DNA from: Synechococcus sp.
Lineage (GTDB): Bacteria > Cyanobacteriota > Cyanobacteriia > PCC-6307 > Cyanobiaceae
Assembly (NCBI GenBank): GCA_047284725.1
Contig: JBJBEO010000001.1
Location: 1,784,203-1,848,202, forward strand
Length of the DNA stretch: 64,000 nt
Direction: 5' to 3'
A program made the position numbers and the translations under genes. A model generated the notes under the pieces. It made no database searches. It saw nothing but the letters and a program-made list of their open reading frames with translations, and was not told where the DNA came from. Position 1 is the stretch's first letter. Each line of letters starts with the position of its first letter. Shown here piece after piece: positions 38,062 to 47,729 of the stretch.

Positions 38062-39096
38062 TTATACTACAGTCACAATGCCATCTGTAATCATAAAGGT
38101 ATCTGCAACTAAGCCTATGGTAGTACCTCCAATACCACCGATAAGCTCAAAACTATCAAGATTCATAGAACCTGGACTTGGATCACCAGCAGCTGTCAAA
38201 ACACCAGTGCCATCACCATTATCATCATAGACATACGTACCATCGGAAAGAAGAATCGTGTCAACACCCATGCCACCCTTGAAAACAATGGTGGATCCGA
38301 ATCCGCCACCGATCAGGGTGTCATTATCTTCACCCAAGTCGATTAGCCCAGCACCAGCAAATCCACCCTTTTCTGCATTAACTGTATCTTCTCCAGCACC
38401 GGTCGATAGTTCTGAACCAACGGAGACAGAAATTCCAGCATTAACCCCATCGCCTGCTACAGAGTCATTTCCGTCACCCGTATAAATGAAGCCAGAATTC
38501 AAAAGACCACCAAGTTGGATACCAATTCCTCCACTAAAATTACCCGGGTCAAGAGGATTGGGAACGCCTAGGGAGGTTCCCGTAATGGAATCATTACCAG
38601 ACCCATCGTCAGAATCAGTATAAATTGCGCTTCCAAACAAAACAGCAATACCAGCTTGGCCTCCGGATCCATTAATTGTGTCGTTATCGGGGCCAGTATC
38701 AGAGCCAGTATTGATCAAGGCACCACTCAAAAAGATGCCATAGCCGGTATTCTCACCCCCAGTTCCATTTAAGGTATCGTTACCCCCATTCGTAGAGATA
38801 GACGTGCCTTCACCTAAGGCAATCCCGGTTAAATTACCAGAACCGATGATGGTGTCACTTTTATCACCAGTTGTTAGGCTTCCAGTCGTGAGCTCAATAC
38901 CAACACCAGCTGGAACGGGACCCAGGAGAGTGCTGGAAAATTCCTCCGATTCTCCAATCAGGGTGACTTTCTGACTTGCTCTTTGGCCTACGGCAGTGTT
39001 AACTTCAGCATCAATCAGCCAACCACTGCTGGATTTGAGAGACTTTCTCTGCTTCGGAGTCAGCTCATCGTAAACAGATTGATTAAGGACAGCCAT
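38062..39096 (-). CDS. Gly/Asp-rich RTX-like calcium-binding surface protein
   Basis: Repeated I.TG.GND.(I/L).G units and GGMGVDTI; no signal peptide; AT-richer than flanks. Confidence 0.78.
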   Translation of the reverse strand: MAVLNQSVYDELTPKQRKSLKSSSGWLIDAEVNTAVGQRASQKVTLIGESEEFSSTLLGPVPAGVGIELTTGSLTTGDKSDTIIGSGNLTGIALGEGTSISTNGGNDTLNGTGGENTGYGIFLSGALINTGSDTGPDNDTINGSGGQAGIAVLFGSAIYTDSDDGSGNDSITGTSLGVPNPLDPGNFSGGIGIQLGGLLNSGFIYTGDGNDSVAGDGVNAGISVSVGSELSTGAGEDTVNAEKGGFAGAGLIDLGEDNDTLIGGGFGSTIVFKGGMGVDTILLSDGTYVYDDNGDGTGVLTAAGDPSPGSMNLDSFELIGGIGGTTIGLVADTFMITDGIVTVV

Positions 39097-39523
39097 TGCA
39101 CCAAAGACGTGATGTCGCCTTTATCAATAGGCACGCCACACAGCAATGGTTCCATAGGAACATGAGCCCTTGGTGAGAGAACGCGAAGAAATAAATGAAC
39201 GCCCTGCCGGCTGAGCGCATCGAAAGACCGGCATCTTCCAGTCATCTCAGGCTGTCTGGCCACTGCCCAGGCATTGGGATCGAGCGAACACTGCAGGGGG
39301 TGATCCGTGGATCAAGGGCTCAAGGGATGAGGGCAGAGCAGCGACGACTGGTCAGACGCAAGGGCAAGCCAGGCAAAAGTCCCCCATGCCAACGATCACC
39401 TGTGGTGCTTGTGAAAACGCTCGGCCAGGCCGAGCACTCTTTGTTGAGGCAGTGCTACAGAGCCGCTTGATAGTGCGATGGGGGGCTGGCCTTGGGTTTT
39501 CGCGAGGCTGGGCCAATGAAGCA

Positions 39524-39667
39524 TTACTTGGCGATCAGCCTGAAGTAGATCAACAGGATCAACTGCACGGCCACCATCGTCCACAGGGTCTCTGCCTGCC
39601 GGTTGATGAGGAAGGCGGTGAGGCCGATCACCAGAACAACCAGTTGAAGCAGGTCACAAAGTCTCAT
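39524..39667 (-). CDS. Small 2-TM protein (47 aa)
   Basis: Read manually: MRLCDLLQLVVLVIGLTAFLINRQAETLWTMVAVQLILLIYFRLIAK*. Confidence 0.5.
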   Translation of the reverse strand: MRLCDLLQLVVLVIGLTAFLINRQAETLWTMVAVQLILLIYFRLIAK

Positions 39668-39690
39668 GGCGAGCGGTTGAAACGGCAGCG

Positions 39691-39861
39691 CTAGGGCGAC
39701 GGGAGATCGCCACCATCACCGATCCGGCCCACCACCACAAAGGCACGCCCAGGGTGCGCTTCTGCCGCCTGCCGGCAGGCATCACTCCGACTGGAAGCGC
39801 GCACCACAAAACGCTGCAGGCCACGGGGAGACTCCAGTCTCACTTCATAGGTAGAACGCAT
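39691..39861 (-). CDS. Small hypothetical protein
   Basis: MRSTYEVRLES..VRASSRSDA..A...HPG. Confidence 0.5.
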   Translation of the reverse strand: MRSTYEVRLESPRGLQRFVVRASSRSDACRQAAEAHPGRAFVVVGRIGDGGDLPSP

Positions 39862-40028
39862 CGCAACCGAGCAGTCCCTCTGTTCTGGCCCAACTGCCCC
39901 TGGAATCTCCAGTGTTGAAACGCTGATCGGCCCCACGATCCGTAGCAATGCTCACTTCGAAGCGCGTCTGGGCAAGGGATAACTGGTTCACCGAAGCGAA
40001 GAGCGTCGGTACTCCTGTTGGGGGGACG

Positions 40029-40056
40029 AGGCGGGCCTGGAGACCCCGCCTTTTTT
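40029..40056 (+). terminator. Rho-independent terminator upstream of the GH57-like gene
   Basis: AGGCGGG/CCCGCCT stem with T6 run. Confidence 0.75.
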
Positions 40057-40143
40057 ATGGCCCGGTTTGATGGCGCGATGCCTGGGGCTGCCAGATCCCA
40101 GCCTTTCGGCCAGGTTGGGTGCAGACGATGGGAGACCTCCGGC

Positions 40144-41646
40144 ATGGGGAGCACCACAGGCCGCCCCGAGGGGGTGAGGCCAGCGATCGCCGGTGGGGAG
40201 GAAGCGCTGCGCCACCTGATGCAAACCGACGATCCGGTGTGGCTGGAGCACACCGACCGGGATCTGGCGACGCTCCGCTCCGGCTTTGCCTGTGCCCTGC
40301 ACATGCATCAGCCCACCATCCCCGCGGGCCGCGACGGCGCGTTGATCTCCCATCTCCAGTTCATGCTGGAGCACCCCGATGAGGGCGACAACCACAACGC
40401 CGAACCGTTTGCGCAGTGCTACCGCCGCATGGCGGATCTGATCCCGCGCCTGATCCACGACGGCTGCAGTCCGCGGATCATGCTCGATTACTCCGGCACC
40501 CTGCTGTGGGGGGTCGAGCAGATGAGGCGCCACGACATCACCGGCGCCCTCCGGTTTCTGGCCTGTGATCCCACCATGCAACGGCATGTGGAGTGGCTCG
40601 GCAGTTTCTGGGGCCATGCCGTGGCCCCCTCCACGCCGATCCCCGATCTGATCCTGCAGATCCAGGCCTGGCAGCACCAGTTCGCGGCCCTGGCCGGCGA
40701 GGCAGCCCTGCAGCGGGTGCGCGGCTTCTCCCTGCCGGAGATGCATCTGCCCAACCATCCCGACACGCTCTACACCCTGATCCAGGCCCTGAAGCAGTGC
40801 GGCTACCGCTGGCTCCTGGTGCAGGAGCACAGCGTCGAAACCCTGCGGGGTGAACCGTTACCGCGCCCGCACACCCTGCTGCCCAACACCCTGATGGCCC
40901 GCAATGCCGATGGCGACACCATCAGCATGCCGGCACTGATCAAGACCCAAGGCTCCGACACCAAACTGGTGGGCCAGATGCAGCCCTGCTACGAAGCGCT
41001 CTCGCTCGACCGCCAACGCCTGGCCGGCACCACCGTGCCGGCTCTGGTGAGCCAGATCGCCGACGGTGAAAACGGCGGCGTGATGATGAATGAATTCCCC
41101 GCGGCGTTCGAGCAGGCCCATCGGCGGATCCAGGCCGATGGCTCAGCCACCGTGGCCATCAACGGCAGCGAATACCTTGAGCTGATCGCTGCGGCAGGCA
41201 TCGATGAAGCCGACCTGCCGAGGATTCAGGCCTCTGGCCAGCACCGGCTCTGGCAACAGCTGGGGGCCGACCGCGGAGCAGACGCCGTCCATGCCGCCAT
41301 CGAGGCGTTGCAGCAAAGCGATCCCGGCTTTGCCATGGAAGGTGCGTCCTGGACCAACAACCTCAGCTGGGTGAAGGGGTACGACAACGTTCTGCAGCCG
41401 ATGCAGCAGCTCAGCGCCCGCTTTCACCAACGCTTCGACGCGGAGCTGCTCGCCAACCCCCTGCGCAGCCGCGATGACGACTATCAGCAGGCTCTCCTCC
41501 ACCTGCTGCTGCTGGAAACCAGTTGCTTCCGCTACTGGGGGCAGGGCACCTGGACCGACTACGCCCGCACCATTCACCAACGCGGAGAGGCCCTGCTGGA
41601 GATGCCTCCACCCTTTGAGGCATGCGCCAGCGATCAAGCCGGTTGA
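40144..41646 (+). CDS. Glycoside hydrolase family 57-like protein
   Basis: ALHMHQP, GFSLPEM, ADGENGG, LLLETSCFRYWG. Confidence 0.85.
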   Translation: MGSTTGRPEGVRPAIAGGEEALRHLMQTDDPVWLEHTDRDLATLRSGFACALHMHQPTIPAGRDGALISHLQFMLEHPDEGDNHNAEPFAQCYRRMADLIPRLIHDGCSPRIMLDYSGTLLWGVEQMRRHDITGALRFLACDPTMQRHVEWLGSFWGHAVAPSTPIPDLILQIQAWQHQFAALAGEAALQRVRGFSLPEMHLPNHPDTLYTLIQALKQCGYRWLLVQEHSVETLRGEPLPRPHTLLPNTLMARNADGDTISMPALIKTQGSDTKLVGQMQPCYEALSLDRQRLAGTTVPALVSQIADGENGGVMMNEFPAAFEQAHRRIQADGSATVAINGSEYLELIAAAGIDEADLPRIQASGQHRLWQQLGADRGADAVHAAIEALQQSDPGFAMEGASWTNNLSWVKGYDNVLQPMQQLSARFHQRFDAELLANPLRSRDDDYQQALLHLLLLETSCFRYWGQGTWTDYARTIHQRGEALLEMPPPFEACASDQAG

Positions 41647-41885
41647 AACCAGCTGCGCAGGCGCGTGATCAGCATCTGCAACAGCTCCACCAGCCCCAGA
41701 CGCGGGCGCGGCGGCCTGGGCCGAGCCAGCACGGCATGGTCAGGATGCTGAAGCGGCGCGGCGTACCCCTCAAAAGCGCGCGTCACCGACACCTCCCCCT
41801 GAAGTTCCTCCGCCAGGGTGCGGGCGTTGATGCGTGACCCACAGCCGGGGGAATGCCGGCCGGGCTGTGGTGATGGTCTCGTCAT
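41634..41885 (-). CDS. Hypothetical protein
   Basis: ATG with GGAGGA upstream. Confidence 0.5.
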   Translation of the reverse strand: MTRPSPQPGRHSPGCGSRINARTLAEELQGEVSVTRAFEGYAAPLQHPDHAVLARPRPPRPRLGLVELLQMLITRLRSWFQPA

Positions 41886-41934
41886 CGTTCAGTCCTCCCG
41901 AATGCAACAAGCAAGCCTGGGGCTGCAACCCCTC

Positions 41935-42174
41935 TCAGTCGGCCACCGACTCCCCATCGTCTCGCTGACGACAGGATTTCTCCCGCCATGCTGACGCCGC
42001 CAACAGGATCACTAGCACCGTGGGTTCTGCCGCACGGCCTGGATCGGCGAGCACCGTCTCCATCAGAGCGAAGGAGCCGACAGCAACGCCACCACCCATC
42101 ACTGTCGCGGTCAGCACCGAGGCGATGCCGCAGGCAATCGGGTTGGTCTTCAGCACGGTGTTCATCACAGCCAC
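41935..42174 (-). CDS. Small membrane protein
   Basis: Hydrophobic ORF. Confidence 0.4.
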   Translation of the reverse strand: MAVMNTVLKTNPIACGIASVLTATVMGGGVAVGSFALMETVLADPGRAAEPTVLVILLAASAWREKSCRQRDDGESVAD

Positions 42175-42331
42175 GCCGCTGCCTTCACCATGGCCTCAGT
42201 CCCGCGCAAAGAACAGGTCTTTGGCGGAGAAGGACGGAATCTCTTCCGGTTCTCCACACCCGATCCTCCGCTCTGGGTAGAACTCCTGCTGCGATTGTCC
42301 GTGCGAGACAGCCGCTGTCTGCACTGAGTTG

Positions 42332-43654
42332 ATGGCCTCCCCCTCCCAAGTCCAGCCCCTACCGAGCACAGGCGCCCGCTTGGGCTTGCTTGAGGGACTG
42401 GCCTTTTTTCGCGATCCCCTCTTCGCCCAGACACGCTTCGCGCGGTTCGGTGATGTGTTTGAAACATCGCTCATGGGCCAGCGCTTGGTGTTCATCCGTG
42501 GTGATGCCGCCATCAGCGAGCTGCTCAGCCAGTCCGACGCCCTGGAGGGCTGGTGGCCCGACAGCGTTCGTCGCCTGCTGGGCAGCCATTCGCTCGCGAA
42601 CCGCAGCGGTGCTGCCCACAAAGCGCGGCGCAGGGTGGTGGGGCAACTGTTTTCAGCCGCAGCCCTTCAGCGCTACAGCCCGGCGATCATTGCGCTGGTG
42701 AACGAACTGGCCGCCGAACTCAACGCCAGCCCGTTGCCGATCCCTCTGGCGGATCGGATGCGTCGGTTCGCCTTCTCCGTGATTGCGTCGGTTGTGCTGG
42801 GGCTCGACGACCACGACCGCGACGCTCTCTTCGGCGACTTTGAGATCTGGACCAAGGCCCTCTTTTCAGTGCCTGTGGCCATCCCTGGCAGCCCCTTCGC
42901 CAGAGCCCTGAAAGCCCGCAGTCGTCTACTGAAGCGCCTCAAAGGCGTCCTTCAGCGTGCCGACTGCAGCCGTGGCGGCCTCGATCTCCTCGCCGGCGGA
43001 CTCGACGAAGCCGGCATTCCCCTCAGCGATGACGATCTGGTGGAACAGCTGCTGCTGCTGCTGTTTGCGGGCTACGAAACAACGGCATCATCGCTGAGCT
43101 GCCTGATGCTGGAGCTGTTGCAGCAACCAGCCCTCGCCACCTGGTTGCGCGAGGAAACCGATCCGCTGCCATGGCCCCCAGCTGGCGATCAGGCCCCAGG
43201 GGCCTACGACCGCAACCGAGCTCCCCGGCTCGAGGCCCTCGTGCAGGAGGTGATGCGGATGACGCCTCCGGTGGGCGGCTTTTTCCGGCGCACCACCAGG
43301 CCCATCACCCTGGCCGGTGTGACCGTGCCCACCGATCGGGTGATCCAGGTCTCCCTCGCGGCCTCCAACCGCCACGGCCCAGGCGACCTGGAGGTCTTCC
43401 GTCCCCAACGCCATCTGGAGACCACGGGCGATCTGCCGATGCTGATGCCCTTTGGAAGTGGCGAACGGATCTGCCTGGGTAAGGCTCTGGCCGAACTGGA
43501 AATCCGCCTGATGGTGGTGGGGCTCTTGCATCAGGTGGATCCAACCCTCACGCCCGATCAGGATGTAACGCTGCAACTGATTCCCAGCCCCATCCCCCGG
43601 GACGGATTGAAAGTGCAAGCATCTACGGGTGGTTCGGGGCGAGCGGATGCATGA
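42332..43654 (+). CDS. Cytochrome P450
   Basis: FAGYETT, EVMR (ExxR), FRPQR, FGSGERICLG. Confidence 0.95.
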   Translation: MASPSQVQPLPSTGARLGLLEGLAFFRDPLFAQTRFARFGDVFETSLMGQRLVFIRGDAAISELLSQSDALEGWWPDSVRRLLGSHSLANRSGAAHKARRRVVGQLFSAAALQRYSPAIIALVNELAAELNASPLPIPLADRMRRFAFSVIASVVLGLDDHDRDALFGDFEIWTKALFSVPVAIPGSPFARALKARSRLLKRLKGVLQRADCSRGGLDLLAGGLDEAGIPLSDDDLVEQLLLLLFAGYETTASSLSCLMLELLQQPALATWLREETDPLPWPPAGDQAPGAYDRNRAPRLEALVQEVMRMTPPVGGFFRRTTRPITLAGVTVPTDRVIQVSLAASNRHGPGDLEVFRPQRHLETTGDLPMLMPFGSGERICLGKALAELEIRLMVVGLLHQVDPTLTPDQDVTLQLIPSPIPRDGLKVQASTGGSGRADA

Positions 43655-43838
43655 CCTGCGCTGGTTGCTGCTGGCCTGGGGTGTCCTGGCCCTGGCAGCG
43701 GCCGTGAAATTTGCCCGTTTGGCTCGGCAGATGCGCGGCAGCCTCGGAGCCGGCGCCACCGGTCTCCGTCCAGACCGCCCGCTCGAAGACAGCCAGAAGG
43801 TGAGGGAACAGCTGGAAAGGGCCTGGCTGCGCAAGTGA
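43647..43838 (+). CDS. Small single-TM protein
   Basis: Overlaps the P450 stop; TM plus REQLERAW. Confidence 0.6.
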   Translation: MHDLRWLLLAWGVLALAAAVKFARLARQMRGSLGAGATGLRPDRPLEDSQKVREQLERAWLRK

Positions 43839-43991
43839 TGCCCTGGAAGGGAGACGAGTGAAGCGGCACTGACGGCTGCAACCCGTGGTCTGACCCCAAC
43901 CCAGGCCGCGATCCTTCTGCCGTGATCTCAAGACATGGTGGTCAGTTCCCCTTACTGCTCTTAACTTGATCTTTACCTGCTGTTGTCCTGG

Positions 43992-44147
43992 ATGGACGGA
44001 GCCCACAGCCGACTCGTCAAGCTTGAAGCCAAGGCCTATCGCTGCCTCTCGCGCCAGGAAGCCCAGCGCATCCTGCGTGAAGCCGACCAGCTCAGGGGCT
44101 CCCTCAGCGCGAGCACTGGCCACGCGAACGCAAACGACGTCGCCTGA
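43992..44147 (+). CDS. Small hypothetical protein (51 aa)
   Basis: Read manually: MDGAHSRLVKLEAKAYRCLSRQEAQRILREADQLRGSLSASTGHANANDVA*. Confidence 0.55.
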   Translation: MDGAHSRLVKLEAKAYRCLSRQEAQRILREADQLRGSLSASTGHANANDVA

Positions 44148-44227
44148 GGCGCTTCACCAACAACGTTGACAAAGGTCTGACAAGGCTGCCGTCGTTGTCT
44201 ATTGCTGGGATCAGCACGACCAAGCCC

Positions 44228-44995
44228 ATGCGCCGCACCGTTTCCTCCCTCGCCGTTGCGGGTTTGCTACCCGTTGCCTTGGGAGTTCAGTCGCCCGCTC
44301 TGGCGCAGGTGGGTGGCGTGGCCCCCCGCCAGCCCGTCACGGTCGCCGTCAAAGAGATCACCAATTCTGCGTCAGGCGTGTGGTGGTGGAGCCCGTCGGT
44401 GTCGAAAAAACTCACCGACATGCTCGCCAATGAGCTGAAGTCGAGCGGCAATTTCACCCTAGTGGAGCGACAGAGGCTCAATCAGGTGCTGAGCGAGCAG
44501 GAACTGGCGGAGCTGGGAATCACCCGCCAGAGCACAGCCCCGAAGCGAGGCATGATGACCGGCGCCAAGTACTACGTACTGGGCAGCGTCAGTGACTACC
44601 AGGAGAACGTCGAAACCAAGAGCGGTGGCGGCGGCTTCAACATCATGGGCTTCGGTCAGCGCAAGACCTCGAATCAGAGCAAGGCCTACGTGGCCCTTGA
44701 TATCCGCGTGGTCGACACCACAACAGGAGAGATTGCCTATGCCCGCACCATCGAGGGCAAAGCCACATCAACGTCCACCTCCACCTCGTCCAGCGGCGGC
44801 CTCTACGGCCTTTCCTTCAGCGATTCCCAGTCTTCATCCAACAAAGTGCCAGCATCCAAGGCCGTACGTGCCGCGATGATCGAAGTGGGCGACTATCTCA
44901 ATTGCGTGCTCTATCTGCGCAACAGCTGCATCGCTGACTACGACCGCAAGGAACGCAACCGCCGGGAGGCCACCAGAGACGTTCTCGAATTCTGA
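44228..44995 (+). CDS. CsgG/HfaB family exported protein
   Basis: FTLVERQRLNQVLSEQEL, GAKYYVLGSV, LDIRVVDTTTGEI. Confidence 0.88.
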   Translation: MRRTVSSLAVAGLLPVALGVQSPALAQVGGVAPRQPVTVAVKEITNSASGVWWWSPSVSKKLTDMLANELKSSGNFTLVERQRLNQVLSEQELAELGITRQSTAPKRGMMTGAKYYVLGSVSDYQENVETKSGGGGFNIMGFGQRKTSNQSKAYVALDIRVVDTTTGEIAYARTIEGKATSTSTSTSSSGGLYGLSFSDSQSSSNKVPASKAVRAAMIEVGDYLNCVLYLRNSCIADYDRKERNRREATRDVLEF

Positions 44996-45552
44996 TGGCG
45001 CCCTCACCACGCCTGAAACTCAGGCCACTGCTGATGGCCCTGCTGTTGCCTCTGCTTTGCCATGGCGGCAACGGTGCTCCCGGACGACCGGCGTCCGCAT
45101 CAGCCTTGCTGACGGAGGCCCCAGCAGCACCGTCCGTCAGGAGCCAAGAGGCCCTGCAGGACTTCCTGCGTCAGCTCGATCGAGCTGAAGATCTCTACAA
45201 CCTCCTGATGATTGAGGAGGCCGACCGCGTCAGCGACCTCACCGTGATGCGCATCAACGCCTTCCTCGAGAGCCATCGCCATCTCAAGGGAGTGGAGGAC
45301 ATCGAGGCGGTGCTGCAGGCCCGCACCAGCCAGCTGCGCGACCTGCGGGCACTGAAGCAGGTCGATCGGAGGCTGGAGGAAGTTCAAGCAGCCGACCGCT
45401 ATGACCGGCTCCAGCCTGAACGGCTCAGGCGACAGAGAGAACGACAGGAACAGGCCTATCGCCTGGCGGTGGAGCTGCGTCGTGCCGCGGAAGCCAGAGC
45501 AGCCCGCTGGTGGCCGCTCTGGTATGGCAGTCCTCTGCTTCGGATGCGCTGA
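44995..45552 (+). CDS. Hypothetical exported helical protein
   Basis: 1-bp overlap with the CsgG-family gene; signal-like N-terminus. Confidence 0.65.
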   Translation: MAPSPRLKLRPLLMALLLPLLCHGGNGAPGRPASASALLTEAPAAPSVRSQEALQDFLRQLDRAEDLYNLLMIEEADRVSDLTVMRINAFLESHRHLKGVEDIEAVLQARTSQLRDLRALKQVDRRLEEVQAADRYDRLQPERLRRQRERQEQAYRLAVELRRAAEARAARWWPLWYGSPLLRMR

Positions 45553-45732
45553 CACTGCCGATAAGCATGAATACCTGTTGCCACGGCTGCCGGGCCTCAC
45601 AACAGTGAATGCAACCGCACGCTGGCCATGCAAGTCCGCAAGCCCGGATTGCCCAGGATCGCCAGACCCCACACCAGCAGCCAGCCATCAACGCTGCCAG
45701 CGGTCGACGGCCTCGCTGGCCATGAGTGTCGG

Positions 45733-45969
45733 ATGCGCAACGACCGGCAGAGCTACTTCAAGCTGGTGCGCGCTCTGGTGCATGCCCAGTTCAATCTGGA
45801 AGACCAGGAACTCAGCTCCCGCCTCTGGCAGGACGTGGCCGATCGAGACCTGGATCGCGGACGCATCCTTCATCTCCTCTACAGCTGCCACGACCTCCAT
45901 GACGATGACGAGATGATGCGGTGCAGCGACGAAGCGTATGTAGCCCTCGTGGATCCGAGAGACCCCTAG
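45733..45969 (+). CDS. Conserved hypothetical protein
   Basis: YFKLVRALVHAQF..LWQDVADRDLD..RILHLLY. Confidence 0.65.
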   Translation: MRNDRQSYFKLVRALVHAQFNLEDQELSSRLWQDVADRDLDRGRILHLLYSCHDLHDDDEMMRCSDEAYVALVDPRDP

Positions 45970-45987
45970 GTCTGTCTCTACTGACCG

Positions 45988-46266
45988 TCACCATCGCCGT
46001 ACGTTGTTGCGGAGTCGTTGAACCCAGGGCGTGGCATTGCGCATCGAGCCTGAGGAGTGGCGATGCTGGCCCTGCGACTGCTCGATCGCTTCCAAATCGC
46101 GGCGAAGTTGTCGTAACACAGGCAGCAGCAACAGGCCGGCGATCAGTGCCACCAGCAACAGCACGGGCAGCAGTGTGAGCATCCAGATGGTGGCCACCAC
46201 TGCAGCCACGCCAGTGGCGAGCTGCTGACGCCAACGCCGTGGCCGCCCCCCGGGAAGTTGTTTCAC
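45988..46266 (-). CDS. Small membrane protein
   Basis: GTG start with GAGGA upstream; long hydrophobic segment. Confidence 0.6.
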   Translation of the reverse strand: MKQLPGGRPRRWRQQLATGVAAVVATIWMLTLLPVLLLVALIAGLLLLPVLRQLRRDLEAIEQSQGQHRHSSGSMRNATPWVQRLRNNVRRW

Positions 46267-46269
46267 TCC

Positions 46270-46425
46270 TCAGAGTTCGAACACCGTGCCCAACAGGCTG
46301 GCCGGATGCGCGAAGTCTTCGACCCGCCGGCGCTCAAGCTGAAAAAGCATGGCCGCATTCGCCATGAAACGCACCGCCGACAGCACAGCCAGACCGATGC
46401 AGAGAGGGCAGTGTGTGATTCCCAT
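46270..46425 (-). CDS. Small CxxC-containing protein (51 aa)
   Basis: Read manually: MGITHCPLCIGLAVLSAVRFMANAAMLFQLERRRVEDFAHPASLLGTVFEL*. Confidence 0.6.
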   Translation of the reverse strand: MGITHCPLCIGLAVLSAVRFMANAAMLFQLERRRVEDFAHPASLLGTVFEL

Positions 46426-46537
46426 CCAACGAGCATCTCCGCTCCTTCGCGGCTGCGATCACGCCCGTTCCATTTCTTGATCATCCAGGGATGAAGACGA
46501 CCCGAGGCCGGGGCCCCGAATCGCCACTTCATTGGGG

Positions 46538-46711
46538 CTACTGATGCTCCCGTTGCCAGCGGGTGAGATTGGCCGGCGAAAACTTATGGCCATGGCGCAT
46601 GGCCACTTTGGCCACGCAGGTGTTGTCTTTGCCGCAGGCCTCCACTTCGCGGCGAAGGGAATCGTTGCTCTGGGCTTTGGAGAGGAACGTCTCCAGTTGC
46701 TTCATCGACAT
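46538..46711 (-). CDS. Nif11-like leader-domain protein (no core peptide)
   Basis: MSMKQLETFLSKAQSNDSLR..V.KVAMRHGHKFS. Confidence 0.8.
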   Translation of the reverse strand: MSMKQLETFLSKAQSNDSLRREVEACGKDNTCVAKVAMRHGHKFSPANLTRWQREHQ

Positions 46712-46818
46712 GGGTGAAACCTCGCGATGGGTTACTGCACCGCTAAACAGCACATCACCGAGCCCCCTGCAGCCATCCGCTTTTCTTCCACATCCGCCTG
46801 CATTGGGGCAGGCGATGC

Positions 46819-47211
46819 TCAAGCACCGGTGGCGGGTGGAGCATCCGGATCCGGCGACAACCCCTGACATCCGAGGGCCCAACGGCGCGCCAGCAACAGC
46901 CCGGGGTAGAGCCTTCGTGCCCGACGACGGTCGCGAAACAGCAGCTGAAGCAGCTGGAGCAAGGGCTCACTGGCACGCATCCGTCGGCTCAGTTCGGCAA
47001 TGGCGGCGCTGCCATGCCAGGCCTTATCACCGTCCAACAGCACTGCACCATCCGTCAGGTCAAGACCCCTTTGCCGCAGCTGATGGCGCAGTTGATGCGC
47101 TTCGCGGCCATCCACGATGCAGAGGTCCGGCAACCCGGCGGCCACCTCGCTGCGCAGCGCGAAGTGTCTGCAAAACGGGCAGCCTCCGTCGTACACGAGC
47201 GTGAGGGGCAT
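46819..47211 (-). CDS. DCC1-like thiol-disulfide oxidoreductase (DUF393)
   Basis: LVYDGGCPFC. Confidence 0.85.
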   Translation of the reverse strand: MPLTLVYDGGCPFCRHFALRSEVAAGLPDLCIVDGREAHQLRHQLRQRGLDLTDGAVLLDGDKAWHGSAAIAELSRRMRASEPLLQLLQLLFRDRRRARRLYPGLLLARRWALGCQGLSPDPDAPPATGA

Positions 47212-47297
47212 CAGTCAGCACGTTCCGGTGCCGATAGGCTGGCCCAGGACACGTCAGCATGCAGGCGTTGACCTCCGCCACATGGCGTTTCGATTCG

Positions 47298-47729
47298 ATG
47301 CAGCACTGGTATCGCGGGTTGATCCAACAACTGGCCAGGCGTGCGGTGCGACAAGGCTGGAAAGGTTTGATCAGCCTGGTGATGATTCTTGCCCTGGGAG
47401 GTGCCGCCTGCGCCTCCACGGAGATGGATGCGCAATGGAGCTGTGATGGCGAGCCCCTCAGCGTCAGCCTCACGTCCGGAGCCGTTGATCTGCGCGGCCT
47501 GCCGCCAAACGTGCCCAACACGGAAGGCAATACCGCACCAGGCGATGGCGTGCTGATCAAGTGGGGAGGGCAGACCTTGCAACTCCCCCGCACCAACAAT
47601 GCCGGCACCCCCAGCTACACCGATGGCCACTGGTGGTGGCGTGTCCTCACCCCAGGCCAAGCCGAATGGAAAGAACGACGAGGACAGATCATCAGCTACA
47701 CATGCCAAGCGATGGAGACGGAGCCATGA
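47298..47729 (+). CDS. Exported protein, MliC-like C-terminal domain
   Basis: Cys pair; LQLPRTNNAGTPSYTDGHWWW resembles the MliC SG.RY..W pattern. Confidence 0.55.
   Translation: MQHWYRGLIQQLARRAVRQGWKGLISLVMILALGGAACASTEMDAQWSCDGEPLSVSLTSGAVDLRGLPPNVPNTEGNTAPGDGVLIKWGGQTLQLPRTNNAGTPSYTDGHWWWRVLTPGQAEWKERRGQIISYTCQAMETEP

Noticed and set aside
44166..44186. TGACAA(A)GG direct repeat upstream of the CsgG-family gene
   Set aside because: Only two short units and no regulator assignable; could be a -35 element or chance
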